A stretch of 64,000 nucleotides of DNA from Eledone cirrhosa. Lineage: Eukaryota. How positions within the stretch are numbered: the first letter of the stretch is position 1; every line of letters starts with the position of its first letter. Positions 22,840-38,274 of the stretch are shown here, one piece after another. The translations under genes were made by a program, and so were the position numbers. The notes beneath the pieces are model-generated. The model saw only the letters and a program-made list of their open reading frames with translations. It was not told where the DNA came from and searched no databases. The stretch is taken from NCBI GenBank assembly GCA_964016885.1, contig OZ024764.1:21762001-21826000 (forward strand). Reading direction: 5' to 3'.

Positions 22840-23660
22840 ATGTGGGTTACCAACACTAGGGAGGGCAGCATGTCCTTCAATGTCTTCTGCTACATTAACT
22901 ACCAGGAGGTCACCACATGACACAAAGACATTTCAAAGAAGGGTCACAAAAGAACTAAATACAAAAGTACCCACAATTCAGCAAAAAGCAAATAATTGAG
23001 CATTGGGTCTAGGTTAAGGGGGCAGAAGTGCTGTGCCCTGTGGACAAGACTACAAAGTATCCCCCCCCCCCCCTGGACGATGGACAGTTACACCCACTGC
23101 AACAGCCACCCCAACCTTATGGGACTCCCTCTTCAGAAGGGCCACCAACGTTCTGATCTTACAGAGGAGCTTGGCAGTACGGGGTCCAAGTACTTCTGAG
23201 GTCTCGATGGTGACCGGTGTGAAGAGACCTACGATTGATGTCATCCCAGTTATGTTGGACTGTAATATACTGGGGTATAGAGAGGCCTTAACTTGTCACA
23301 GCCGGGCCACCCAGGGCTGTGTCATCTAGGTACTAGACAGGGGTGACTAGACCATGTTGTCAACTGTCAGCACCAATAGGAGTGACGCGAGTGGGTCCCC
23401 TTGCTAGACACCATATATAAAACGTATTTGCTAATTACTTTAATGAATAATTTGTTTCATACGTAATTATTACTTTTAACACAATAGGATTTTGTACACG
23501 TGTTTGTTTGAAAACATCTTTCAAAGAAGTATGAGACAGTCTTTTCTAGTGTTTATTATAATAAATTACTGTATGTTGAGCTGTTTTAACTTCTCCACCT
23601 TCCATTATTTTATATTGTTTTTGTAAAAAAACGATATCTTTTTCATATATATATATATAT

Positions 23661-23875
23661 GAAGGCGTGTGGCTGAGTGGTTAGAGAATTGGATTCGGAA
23701 TTGTGAGGTTGTGAGTTCGATTCTCAGACTAGGCGATGCATTATGTCCTTGAGCAAGACATTTTATTTCACGTTGCTCCTTCTACCTGGAGTTGCAACCG
23801 ATAGATAGTATTAGCAATTGGAAAGACCAATGGAAACATTGTTTCCTTGGTCCGATTTGACGAAAAGTCGATCAT
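23661..23875 (+). mobile_element. tRNA-derived SINE (unit B copy)
   Basis: A/B boxes as at 6629. Confidence 0.8.
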
Positions 23876-25313
23876 AAAAAATATATATATATAGAGAGAG
23901 AGAAACACACAAACATACACTACTGTATTACATATGTAAGGGGAGACAACTCTCGTTACATCCACCCTTCTTTTTGATATACATCCTTTAAATACTTTGT
24001 TCAATGGAACCTGCTTTATTTTGTGTCCTAAGTAGATTTCTGTTTAAGTATTTACGAGATTCACAATGATTCACGTAACCAAGTTATTTACATAGAGATA
24101 TATTTCACATAGAATCACAACAAATGAAAATATTAAGTCAACACTCTGTCAATCAGTCTCACATCACATGGGGTGCCGGAGTCTCCCTCTAATACTTTCT
24201 GAGACAGTCTTACCTCTAGTGATAGCAAGGCTAAGATGTTGGAACTACCAAACACCCTCATATGTATCACCTGACACCTCGGTAAGGAGAGCTGCCAACG
24301 ATAACAAGAACCTCGTTGTCAGGGACCTATCTCCTCCAAACTTCTCCAACACCACAGACTAGAATATTCTACTCTTTATTCCCTATCAAATATATTTCAG
24401 TCTAGTCATTTATCTTGTATCTTGTATATGTATTTTCAAAACTAACTGTCACATTTGTGAGACCCCCAGTTAGTGATGTTTTCGTCTCCCTCCCACATCC
24501 TACATGCTGTAGTAAAAGTGAGGGTCACTGCTTCTGTAGACGAACGAAATAAAAGTTAAACTACCAGTAATTATCAGCAAAGTATTTATTCCAGTCTGAT
24601 GTTTGAGAAGCTGGGCTGCTGACAACGAAGTTGTGGTCACTGTTGGCAGCTGGCTTTACCGAAGTACCCGATGACTCTTGTGAGGGTACTTAGCTGTTCT
24701 GGCGGTTTAGCCTCCACATGACATGATTTTACCGAGATACCCGGTGATCTCTGTCAGTGTACTTAGCTGTTCTGGTAGCTTAGCTTCCTTATAACCAGAT
24801 CTTACCGAGATACCCGATGACTCTTGTGATGGTACTTAGCTGTTCTGGCAACTTAGCCTCCATATGACCCGAGATACCCGGTGATCTCTGCCAGGGTACT
24901 TAGCTGTTCTGGCAACTTAGCCTCCATATGACCCGAGATACCCGGTGATCTCTGCCAGGGTACTCGATTGATCCAGCATCCTACTATATCTACCAACAAG
25001 TTATATCGAGGTATCAAGTGATACTCTTTTCAAGTCAAGACCTCCTCTGCTGTCCTCTGTCTTCCAACTGCTCTGTTATTCTACAGACTCACGAAAGTGG
25101 ACACCACCTGAAGGAGAGAGTGGTTGGTGTAGTGGTCATCGCTGGCTATTGTCCGAGTGACACAGGTAAAATACACTACCTAGACTGAGGTGAAACGTCT
25201 ACCGTCCATTCTTCACCACCAACACCTTACTTTCTCTATTTTAATTACATTTACTGTTTTCAACTTCACTTTTTATATAAAACTTTACATAATTTAATTC
25301 GGTAAAAATATTT

Positions 25314-25440
25314 TTACGTCACAAAAAAACATTGAAGCATGCGCAGTGGTGCAGTTGTCGACTTCCTGTCCACGTGTTAGTCTTCCTACAACATCATTTA
25401 GACAACATTTCTGTAAATACTAAACACCTGAGACTATAAT
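25314..25440 (+). promoter_or_regulatory. Predicted promoter and non-coding exon 1 of ZNF gene B
   Basis: CRE, NRF1, ETS, E-box and TTAGTC; DR1-like site deleted; donor GTAAGT at 25441. Confidence 0.65.
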
Positions 25441-26642
25441 GTAAGTATTATGTCTATTAATATTGTAGATTTAAGCTCACTTTTCACATCACAAATATAT
25501 ATTTTCTTGTTTGTTTCATTACTGGAAATCTAAAATTTTATCGTAATTATCTATATTTTACCTACCTCGAATTAATTAAAGTGAAAACTTTTGTTGTTGC
25601 TGAAAAATAAATTAACAAAACTAAATATTTAAATATTCTAAAGGTCGTTTTTATATTATGTGATGATATAATTAATATATTTTATTATAATTGTATAAAT
25701 TTACAGTAGAATAACGTTGTAAATATGTTTTAAATATATACATAAATAACATAAGTGTGTAAATAACATTATAACTTGCTGGCAATTCCTTGAGAAAGAC
25801 ATTACAAATATATTGTCTAAACTGTGTATAAAAATATAATTTATTGAACAATAATGATAAAGGAAAGAAAAACACAGTGGGAGATGGCAATTGACCACCA
25901 AGTGTGATAATAGGCCACACCTCACACCTTAAGGGTTAACTACACACTTTGAGGCAAGCCAACACACTGGCAGCATTACTAAGGTGTTGAAATAACCAGG
26001 TACCCTCACGGGTATCACCTAACACCTCGGTAAGGTGAGGCTAAGGTGTTGAAATAACCAGGTACCCTCACTGGTATCACCTAACACCTCAGTAAGGTGA
26101 GGCTAAGGTGTTGAAATAACCAGGTACCCTCACGGGTATCACCTGATACCTCAGTAAGGTGAGGCTAAGGTGCTGAAATAACCAGGTACCCTCACGAGTA
26201 TTTTCTCTGGACCCCTTTTCAATATTTTCTCTGAACCCTTTAGATACTTGCAATAGACGTTTTATTCCCCAGTATTAGGGTTAGGGTTTCCGTTTTCAGG
26301 AAGAAAAGTCGATTGCAAACATCTAAGAGGTCGAGAAATAAAAATAAGGAAGGATAATTATTTCCCAGCCAACTGGAGAAGTGTGTAAATTAAATTACAC
26401 ACTTTAAACTAAATTAAAGTTCCAGTAATCTACTGGGGTCTGAGATATTAAGGTTTGAGTAGATTCTATCTTTTGTGTGTTTGTATTTATAATCTTACTA
26501 GAAACCCTGTGACCTGTTGCGTCACGTTCTCTTTAAAAATAATATTTAAATAATTAAAATATACACAGACATGTATATAATATAAAATGAAATTATTAGG
26601 CCCATATATATATAATTATATATATGCGTGTGTGTGTATATA

Positions 26643-27493
26643 CAGGGTGTGGATGATATTTGTTCACAATTTTCAACTGCTAAATTTATGAAAATTTTTT
26701 TTACTTCCGTTGTCACTCTTGTCTTCATAAAAACAGCGACTATATTTCCATTATTTATTTTCCGAATAATTGATTATGAATAATTTTGAACCTCCAAATT
26801 TGTGGAAGAGACAGAGTTCCTCTTGGAATCCGCACCTGGAGGACAAATAAGGACCAGAAGATCAACTCCCAGAACAACAGGTGGCTCGCTGTCTCATCCA
26901 AAGACCTGCCCAGAGTCATGCAGACAAAGTTTCCAGCGACAACATTGGTTTTAGGTGTCGTCAGTATTCAAGGTGACGTCAAGCCACCTCACTTCTCCCC
27001 TGAGGACCTCAAGCTGAACACCGATGGCTACATCCACGTTCTGAGTGAGGTAGTAAAGCCCTGGATCGACCAGGTAACTGCAGGTAGGCTGTACGTGTGG
27101 CAGCAAGACCCAAGCCTGGCTGTCAGAGAACTTCGTCGACCACACTTCACCTGACATCTGGCCTCCCAGCTCGCCTGACTGCAACCCCCTCGACTTCTTT
27201 GTGTGGGGCGCAGTGGAACGAGACACCAACAGATATAGCTGCAATACGAAAGACGATCTGAAGGCCAGGATCACAAGTGCCTTTAGGGGCCTAAGTCGGA
27301 GGACAGTGACGAAGGCCTGTAGCTGGTTCCGAGGCTGTCATCAAAGCCAATGGCGGGTTTATGGAGTGAGATCGGAAGAACAAGTCATGAAGACAAACTG
27401 ACACAAGTTTGATAAATATATCTTAAAAAATAAAACTACTGTCTTATTTTTTCCTAGACAGTAATCTTGCGAACAAATATCGTCCGCACCCTG
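26643..27493 (+). mobile_element. Tc1/mariner-superfamily (maT/DD37D-like) element, internally deleted
   Basis: TA|CAGGGTGTGGATGATATTTGTTC...GAACAAATATCGTCCGCACCCTG|TA; NSQNNRWLA, KFPA, YVWQQD, WPPSSPDCNPLDFFVWG. Confidence 0.85.
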
Positions 27494-27611
27494 TATATGT
27501 GTGTGTGTCTGTGGCCTTAATACCCTAGTCACAGACACACTCACACGCACACACACACAAGTAATAATTTCGTTCAACAACACCACCAGCTCTCTCTCTA
27601 TATATATATCT

Positions 27612-28965
27612 TCATCATCATCATCACCGTTTTACGTCCCTTCTTCCATGCTAGCATGGGTCGGACAGGTTGTCCTGTTTTGGGCAGTGTCCAGTCAGCT
27701 GATTTTGTCTTGCTCATACAGGAACTGATTCTGGCTTGATTTCTACAGCTGGATGCCCTTCCTAACACCAACCTCATTTACAGTGAGTGCTGGGTGCTTT
27801 TTTTCCGTGGTGCCTACATGTCCACTTTACAGTGTGGGCTGGGTGCTTTTTTACCGTGGTACCTCCACGAGGGCGTGGGGGCATATTGTCTATATGCTTC
27901 AGCTTGTACCCGTGGGGTGGTCGGGTCTTCTGTATTACTGCATGACGCCAGAGGTCACGGTCGTGTGTCATCGCCTTTGAGAGGTGTAATTGGGTAAGGT
28001 CGGCTTTTATCACCTCATCCCAGGTCTTCTTGGGTCTCTCCACGGCTTCCATCGACTTCTAGTGCTCTGCACCTTTTTATGCAGCTGTCATCCTTCATAC
28101 GCATCACATGTCCATACCAACGCAACCGCCTCTCCTGCACACAGCATTTGATTCCTCTTATGCTCAGTCTCTCTCTCAATTCGTTTATGCTTTGCCGTTC
28201 ACGTATATTACTATTACACATCCAACAGAGCATGCAGGCTTCGTTTCTTTCTAATCTACGTAAGTCTTCCACCTTCAGCGCCCAGGTCTCACTACCATGC
28301 AACATTGCTGTTTGTATGCACGCATCATACAGTCATGAACTTCTTCCATCCCGTTCTTACCCTAGTCATTGTACTTTCTGAACACCCACCACCGCTCCTA
28401 ATTCGGTCACCTAGGTAGCAGAAGCTGTCTACTGTTTCTACAGAGCCCTCCCAGAGATTGGTGGTACTTATTTCCTGTGGCTGTTTGCTGCTTGCTGTCC
28501 CAGCACAACTGCTACATGTGAAGCATGCTACATTCTTAATTAAGCTTCCTGAGATCCCGCTACATCTCTTGTGTACCCATTGTTTGTATTTGGGGCAGAG
28601 GATGGAGTTCCTACCTACACATTTCCCACATACTAAGCAAGGCCATTTCCCTGAGGGGATCTGGGTTCTGCTTTCTCGTCTACTTACACGGACCTTAGTC
28701 TTTGTCAGGTTGACTTTGAGACCCTTTCTTTCTAGTCCCTGCTTCCAAGTTTGGAATTTCTTCTCTAGTTCTACCATAGATTCAGCTATAAGTGCGAGGT
28801 CATCTGCATACAGGAGTTCCCATGGGCATCCGGTCTTAAACTCCTCCGTTACTGCCTGCAGAACTATGATGAACAGGAGAGGGCTAAGAACAGAGTCCTC
28901 TCTCTAGTCATTGCTAATGCTAACTCTGCTGACTGCTCCCCTATACATGGCTGGTACAGCTTTCA
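27612..28965 (-). mobile_element. 5'-truncated RTE LINE, private to unit B
   Basis: ELLYADDL, GLKVNLTKTKV, GKWPCLVCGK, MLHGSETW, RLRWYGHVMRM; (CAT)n tail. Confidence 0.9.
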
Positions 28966-29299
28966 CATTTCGGGGTCAACTTCCCATTCAGGGTCAACTT
29001 CCTTTCAAACTATTTTCCCATTATGCCCCGTTTTAGCTGTATTACATTAGAGACAAGACACAATCACAGAGTTTTAGGTTTATAATGTTATAGTATCATG
29101 ATAGGGTAATGCAGTTATTTATAGACCTGTGGTAAATGTTGGTTCAGTACACTCTGGGGGATGTTAGTGTTGGTTCAGTCCACTCTGGGGGGTGTTAGTG
29201 TTGGTTCAGTCCACCCTGGGGGGTGTAAGTGTTGGTTCAGTCTACCCTGAGGGGTGTCAGTGTTGGTCAATGATAACCTTTATAACTAGAGACCTGTTG

Positions 29300-32130
29300 G
29301 TGAGGACAAGCTGGATGTGGTGACATCTTTCTGCTACCTGTGTGACATGTCAGCTGGAAGTGGAGCCAAGTTCACTGCCATCGTGCTGTGCCACTCCACA
29401 GGTAACAAGTTTAGGCAGCTTCTCCTAATCCTCAAGACATGCTGGCTACCATTAGACACCATGGGGCAGATTTATAACACCTGTGGGAGAAGTGTGTTGT
29501 TTCATGCCAGCGAGACCTGGGCCATGTTATCTGACTGTCTGAATTGACTCTGAAGAAATGACAGAGCTATGATCCACTGGATGTGTAGTGTGACCATTGA
29601 GGATGATGTCAGCTCAACTGAGCTCCTAAAAAAACTGCTAATCGACAGCCTCAAGGATGTGTTTCACAGGAGACACATGCACTGGTATGGCCATGTTGTG
29701 CATTCTCTCTCAACTCATCTATGCTTGGTCGTTGATGCACATTGACATTGCACATCCAACGGAGCATACTTGCTTCATTTTTCTCCAGCTATCGCATATC
29801 CTCCACAGTTGCTGTCCATGTCTCACTACCGTGCAGCATCACACATCTCACGCATGCATCACCAGCCATTCGTTCTTAGGGAGAAACGCTTCTTTGTCAA
29901 CAGAGGAAGCAGCTCCCTAAACGTCTTCCAACCCGTCCTTATTCTAGATACTATGGTCTCACAGCACCCTCCCCTCTTGTGCTAATCTGATCACCTAGGT
30001 ATCGGAAGCTATCAACCACTTCTATAGAACCTATCTGCATTTGAAAAATGTGTCTATCACTGCGACTTCTACTGTCAAATTTCCCTGTACATCTACTGCA
30101 TAAGTATTTTTCCCTACCTGTTAGTTTGCCTGCTATCCCACTACATTTCTTGTGTACCCAAAATCTGCATTGTGTACATTATAGAATTTATGCCAGTTCC
30201 TTTTCTACATATTGAAAAAGGCCATTTCCCTGATGGAATGACAGTTTTGTCCTCTTTTCTACTCATCAACACTTTAGTCTTAGCTAGGTTCACTCTCAGT
30301 CCTCTTTATTCCAACTGCTGTTGCAATAGCCAGAATTTATGCTCTAGCTCCTCTACTGATTCTGCTATAAGAACCACATCGTCAGCCTAGAGAAGTTCCC
30401 ATGGGCAGCCAGTCTTAAACTCCTCTTTTATGGCTTGGAGGCCTATAATGAACAAGGGCGGGCTGAGGACCGACCCTGATGTACTCCTACTTGTATCTGG
30501 AATTCCTTATTAAACTCCATTCCTACCCTCACTTTACTGACAGTACATCTGTACATAGCTTGCATTGTCCTCACAAACTATTCCTCTACACCTAGTTTCC
30601 TTAGGGACCACCAGATGACAGATTGGGGTACTCTATCAAAGGCCTTTTCTAGGTGAACAAAAGCTAAGTATAGTGGTTTATTCTTCTCTAAGAACCTCTC
30701 TTGTAGTTGTCTCACTAAGAAGAGGGCATCTGTTTGACCCTTTCTCTAAGTTGCGCTAGTATTCTTTCTGTCACTTTCATAACCTGATCCATCAGTTTTA
30801 TACCCCTATAATTACTCCTCTCCAGAACATCCCCTTTACCTTTACCTCAATTTATGAGAATACTGCTGCACCAGTCTTTGGGGGTGACACCACCATATAT
30901 AGCTTGATTAATGATGCATGCAACCAGTTTAATTCCTACATCTCCTGATGCCTTTTGCATCTCAGCAACTATCCCCAACAGTCCAGCGGACCTACCATTT
31001 TTCATTTCCTTAATTGCCTCTTGGACCCTATAGTCGTCAATCTCAATAGCTGGTCCCTCTGTCGGGTCTACTGAGGGTAGTTTCTCTCCCTTTCATACTC
31101 CACATTCATCAGTCTCTCATAATGACATTTCCAGGCCTCCTTTTTTTTGAGAATCAGTGACACGAAGTGCACCAACATCCTGATTTACACTGACACACTA
31201 CCTTGCAATGTGGAACACTGCACATCTCTGATCTCCCCATCGCAGGACATTGGCAAACCTTCTCCTCTCAGCCTCCCTGCATGTTAAGTAGACCTGACAT
31301 CTAGCTTCTCTCTTAGTGGCTGTGTATCGATCTCTACCCCTACCATTTTTCCAAGTCTTTTGTCTCTAATGGCTCTATCTACCGTGCTGTTCCACCACCA
31401 GGTCATCCTCTGTCTGGTTGGAGCTCTGCTCCAGCCACAAGTTTCTTCAGTAACCTGCTTACTGAGATGTCACTAACGACTAACCTATGTTGGGGGGTTA
31501 CATTGTTCCCTGGGGTTTGCTTTAGTATTTGACACCATCTGTCTCTCTTGCTGCCTAACTAGGAAGAAGTCAATCTGTCTCATGTGCTCACCTGATTGGT
31601 AGGTTATTAGGTGGTTGGTAGGTTTCTTGAAGTGTTGCAAATGGTTAGTTCACTTGCATCACAAAATACAAGAAGCCTCACTCCTTCTTCATTTCTTGAG
31701 CCATAACCATGACCACCATGTACCCCAGTATATCCATCCTGGAGCTGTCCAACATGACCATTGAAGTCCCCTGCTATTATAATTAGGTCTCTGTCATTGT
31801 GGTTATCTCTACTTATTCCTTTTCTACATATGGAGCAGGGCCACTTTCCTGAAGGTGTCAGGGTCTTCTCTCCTATCCATTAGCACTTTAGTTTTGGCTA
31901 AGTATATTCTCAGAACTTACCATTTCAAATTCTATATCTATAGTTGGTCATCTACATAGAGAAGTTTCCATAGACAGCCAGTCTTAAACCTCTCTGTTAT
32001 AGCTTGGAGAACTATGATGAACAACAGTGGGCTAAGAACTAAACCATGATGAACTCCTACCTGTACCTTCAATTCCTCACTAAACACACTTTACTGACAG
32101 CTTCTCACAAGCCGTTCTTCTACACCTAAT
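29300..32130 (-). mobile_element. Decayed RTE LINE fragments (unit B intron), including an APE endonuclease part
   Basis: Paralog of 11105-13250; AGDFNGHVG..HGYGSRNEEG at ~31680-31775; short + strand RTE piece at 29300-29700. Confidence 0.8.
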
Positions 32131-32348
32131 TTCCTTAACCCTTTAGTATATAAACTGGCCATGTCTGGCCAGACTTCTCCCACATCTTTCTGTTCAAACT
32201 GGCCGTAACTGGTCACTTATACTTATGTTACGGTATTGTTCTCAAATTAAGTAACATCAAAATCTCATAGATTTGATATTATGAGAGATTAAGCATTTAC
32301 TGTGAAAATATAATAGTAAATATAGAGTAATGTGAATACTAAAGGGTT

Positions 32349-32645
32349 AATCTGATGTCACTAATAACTACTTTTATCTGTCAGTTTAATCTAATGTCAC
32401 TAATAACTACTTTTATCAGTCAGTATAATCTAATGTCACTAATAACTACTTTTATCAGTCAGTTTAATCTAATGTCACTAATAACTACTTTTATCAGTCA
32501 GTTTAATCTAATGTCACTAATAACTACTTTTATCAGTCAGTTTAATCTAATGTCACTAATAACTACTTTTATCAGTCAGTTTAATCTACTGCCACTAATA
32601 ACTACTTTTATCAGTCAGTATAATCTACTACCACTAATAACTAAC
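32349..32645. repeat. 39-bp minisatellite (~7.6 units)
   Basis: Same unit as 13468. Confidence 0.9.
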
Positions 32646-33587
32646 TTATGTTAGTCAGCACATTCTTCACCAAAGAAGGCCTTAGTATTTATTACAGTCC
32701 ATTTATCAATATAGAAATATTATATAAAATTTGTACTGATGTATTACAAGTTTCTGAGTATCTTATAATGTTCTTTTATTATTTCAGAATACCAGAGGAC
32801 ATTGGCATTAAAGAGCACATTACATCAGACATATCCTCAACATTAACCATTTCTAATGAAAGACACTACCCATCATTTTCAAATAATTTTGAAAAAACTC
32901 AACACTTTGAAGGGATTTAGTAATATAACTAAATTTCTCAGTATTAAGCTGCTATTTGGAACATAACTTTGCACAATTTCATGAAGTTACAATGGAAAGT
33001 TTTTAGATAAATATAAAGACTGATATGAAAAGGATAAAACACTTTTATATCAGTTGTTTCATCAACACCATTATTTAAAGACTAAAGGAAGCTGTTATAC
33101 AGAACAGATACAACCTTGTTTATATAAATCTATGGGAGAAATACTGGAAAATATTTCTTGTAAACTCAATAACACTTCTATTCTTCGCTGTTTGGAATAT
33201 GTAGAAGATACAAAATAAAGCTGAAGAAATTCACAAATGATTTTGTAAGATCTTCATATATTGACAAAGTTGATAGTTGATGGAACTACAGGAGTAGAAA
33301 TATTTCCATTATTACAGGAATAACTAATCAAATAAAAACCAGACAAATTAGATTCTTCACTGTCTGGAATATGTACAAGATGATTTTATATGTATATTAA
33401 ACTTGAAGAGATCTACAAAACAGTTTGTATCATCTTTAAATATAAAGAAAGACCAAAGTTGATAGAAATATATCTGGAGGAATATATTTTAGGAATAATA
33501 TTATAAACATAAAGAAGAAAAATATCCATATATTAAGAGGAGAAAAATATTAAAACTGTGAATTGTGTGAGAAACTGAGGTCATTGA

Positions 33588-34553
<966 letters not shown>

Positions 34554-34818
34554 CTGTATCAATATCAAACTCATTACATAATACTACAACAACAACAATT
34601 GTGTAGATCCATCATCCTTTCTAAAACTGGGGTCAACCTTGTAGGTTTTACCTAGGACAGGGATCATAAAACCAGGTTTCCATTTTTGAAGCCGTGTTTG
34701 AAGATTTGGTGTAAATTAAAGTTTTTCACATTAAACTTTGATTTATTATACTTTAACAGGTAAGATATATATTTGTATTTTCAGTAAAGGTTGGGAACTT
34801 CTGTAATTTAAACCTGCC

Positions 34819-34824
34819 AATAAA
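34819..34824 (+). terminator. Polyadenylation signal, gene B
   Basis: AATAAA paralogous to 16007. Confidence 0.6.
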
Positions 34825-35179
34825 ATGAAAACTTTTGTTGTTGCTAGTCAGACATTGGTATTAATTCTATTGTCCTGTACATTGTCTCAAATATCACAGA
34901 TTAAACAGATTTTAACAATATCAACAGAAATCAATAACTTGTAAGCCTAATATCTAGCTTCCATTTTAACTATTTCATATTGTTGTTCCCCTCTTGCCTC
35001 TTCAGGTCTTTTAGATTTCAACTTCTATCTACTTTACTATTCCATCACCAAGGCAACATTCATCTGGCTGGCAGCTTACATCAACTGCAGATCTCATCAG
35101 TGGTTCACAACAGGCTGTCTGAAAGAAACTTCCAGATATCTTCTATGTCAGAACTATCAATATCCTCCTCCTTATCATA

Positions 35180-35620
35180 TGTACCACTCTCACAGTCCCT
35201 CTAGATCTTATATTTAAGAGGGAGATCTTTTACTGTCCCTTCTCTTTTCTCTAGATAGTTTTGTACCACTCTCACAGTCCCTATAGATCTTATATTTAAC
35301 AGGGAGATTCTTTACTGTCTCTACCCTTTTCTCTAGGTTGTCTTATACCTCTCTCACAGTCCCTATATATATCTTATATTTATCAGGGAGATCTTTTACT
35401 ATCCCTACCCTTTTCTCTAGATTGTCTTGTATCTCTTTCACAGTCCCTCTAGATCTTATATTTAACAGGGAGATCTTTTACTAGCCCTACCCTTTTCTCT
35501 AGGTCGTCTTGTACCTCCCTCACAATCCCTATAGATCTTATATTTAACAGGGAGATCTTTTACTCTCCAACCCTTCTATCTCCAGATAGTCTTGTATCTG
35601 TCAGTCCCTCTAGATATTAC
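35180..35620. repeat. 82-bp minisatellite (unit B)
   Basis: Same unit as 16394. Confidence 0.9.
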
Positions 35621-35909
35621 ACCTAGTATCTAGTCTATGTTGAGTCGTACGTCCTTCTCCAGTAAAGGAGTTAATATTCCCAACCATCTGTCTATCCTGT
35701 TTTCTGATGAGAATGAAGTCAATCTAGTTTATCTCTTCACCTGATTGAAGTAACTAGATCAAGTAACTAGATGGTTTCCTGTAAGTTAGTGTTGCAGTGT
35801 TTGTGTCACCATGTAAGGTTTATATCTATTAATATAGAGATGTAGTAAAGTTTTCACTGTTGTATCTCTATTTTCTAAATATCTTAATAATGTTTCTCTA
35901 CTATTTCAG

Positions 35910-36352
35910 AATATCACATGACCTTGACAGAAAAGAGTCTTTTAAAGACAACAGAAAGATGTTACATACAAGTGATATAAACTTGTTTAGTCTGTGGTGA
36001 ATTATGGTGAAATATTTCTTCTGAATTGAGATAAATAACAACATTTTCCTTTTTCACTGTCTGGAATATTTACAAGATGATTTTACATTCTGATTAAACT
36101 TTGGATATTTACAAAGGAGTTTTCAAAATATTTGGATATTGACAAAGATCACATTTGGTAAAATTATGAACAATAGAAATATTTACATCAACATAGGAAT
36201 ATTTTCCAGAAGAGATGGGAAAATCATTATACCACTGTAATATTTGTGGTAAAGTATTCTCTCTTCTTTATATGTAGAACATCTAACTAAACACTTTAAC
36301 TAACAAACTATTGTGCTATAGAATTGACAAACTTGAGCAATGTTTAATAAAT
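35910..36352 (+). pseudogene. Relic half-finger ZNF exon (unit B; mini-ORF 36215-36277)
   Basis: Paralog of 17081-17525. Confidence 0.65.
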
Positions 36353-36405
36353 GTTACAGATTTCTCCAAACTGTCGTTTACTAACTTTAATTTGAAGCTA
36401 TATTA

Positions 36406-36626
36406 TCTATATACTACTAAAACTCTGTGATTGTGTCTTGTCTGTAATTTAATACAGCTAAAACAGTGCATAATGGGGAAATACTTTGAAAGGAATACAA
36501 CAAGTTTTTGTATAAAATGGAGCACAGGTTCCCAAGATACGGGGTTTTCTGGGTACCTTCATAAATATAGGGAGAGAGCGAGACAGTGGTGGTGAGAGAG
36601 TGGCAGCTGGTGGTGTTGTTTAAAAT

Positions 36627-36660
<34 letters not shown>

Positions 36661-37160
36661 GTATCTATCTATATATACGTATGTGCATATATATGTATCT
36701 ATATATATATACGTATGTGCATATATATGTATCTATATATATATACGTATGAAGCATATAGACAATATGCCCCCACACCTCCCACTGCAAGGTGGTCGTG
36801 GAGGTGCCACGGCAAAAAAGCACCGAGCCCACACTGTAAAGTGGACATGTAGGCGCCACGAAAAAGCACCCAGCACTCACTGTAAATGAGGTTGGTGTTA
36901 GGAAGGGCATCCAGCTGTAGAAATCGAGCCAAATCAGTTCCTGTATGAGCAAGGCATGGTCAGCCGACCAGACGCTGCCCACAACAGGACAACTCGTCTA
37001 ACCCATGCTAGCGTGGAAGAACGGACATAAAACGGTGATGATGATGATGATATATATATATATACGTATGTGTATATTTTAACTGTTTAAAAATTATTTT
37101 AAATGACTTTTAAAAAATAGTGATAAAGGAACGTGACCCAACAGGTCTCGGGTGGTCTAG
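36406..37160 (+). mobile_element. Non-autonomous Helitron with an RTE 3'UTR insertion (~36750-37050) in its microsatellite
   Basis: TC..CTAG ends; insert matches the reverse complement of 27612-27900 and ends in (GAT)n. Confidence 0.75.
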
Positions 37161-38274
37161 TTTGTTACTAAATACTAGATATTAGAGGGTCATGTTGTTC
37201 TAGATGTGCTGGAAGAGCCATTCCATCTCGTGAGGCTCACCCCAGCAGCTAGCCACCTCAGCACCTATGGTGGTATATTTATTATATTATTTATTCTTTA
37301 TCATTAACATTAATATAAAAGATAATTATATATTTTTAGAGAAGAACCTCTAACTTCATATAGCTTAGGGCTTCAGTAGGTAAAAGTCTGGCCCTGCTTG
37401 TCTTGTATTTTTTAGAGGAGGAGTTAGGGAATACTGTTATTGTGTGAAAGTTTTCTAAATCTTCTTCAGCCACTAACATGGAGAAGATATTTCAGTAAGA
37501 AGGTTCACATCCTGACATCTATAGCTGTTAACAATGAGATTGGAATTCATTATTAAACAAATGTTATATCATCATCACTGTTTTACATCAGTATTTTCAC
37601 GCTGGCATGGGTTAGACGAGTTATCCTGTTGTAAGCAATGCCAGGTCAGGTGACCACGTGTTGCTTCTACAGAACAAATTTTGGTTTGGTTTCTACAGCT
37701 GGATGCCCTTCCTAGCACCAACCTTATTTACATTGAGTACTGGGTGCATTTTACCATCTCACCATCACGACCTCTTTACAGTGTGCATTGGTTACTTTTT
37801 GTTGTGACACCAACATGACCACTTTATAGTGTGGACTGGGTACTTTTTGTTGTGACACCAACATGACCATTTTAAAGTTTTGGCTGGGTACTTTTTGTTG
37901 TCACCTACATGACCACTTTACAGTGTGGGCTGGGTGCTTTTTGCCGTGACACCTATGCAACCGCTTTACAGTGTGGGCTGGTTTCTTTTTGTCATGTCAC
38001 CTACATGACCAGTTTATAGTATTGGCTGTGTGTTCTTTACAGTGTGGGCTGGTTTCTTTTTGTTATATCACCTACATGACCACCTTATAATGTTGACTGT
38101 GTGTTCTTTACAGTGTGGGTTGGGTGCTTTTTGTCATATCTCCTACCCAACCACTTTGCAGTGTGGGCAGTGAAATATCAGTAATGCACCAGCTCCAATA
38201 TTCAGTAATCAGAAGAAGGGGAGGTAGGCATAAAAGCCAAACTTGCTGTCTTCAATTAGGTTTTTGTGCCAACC

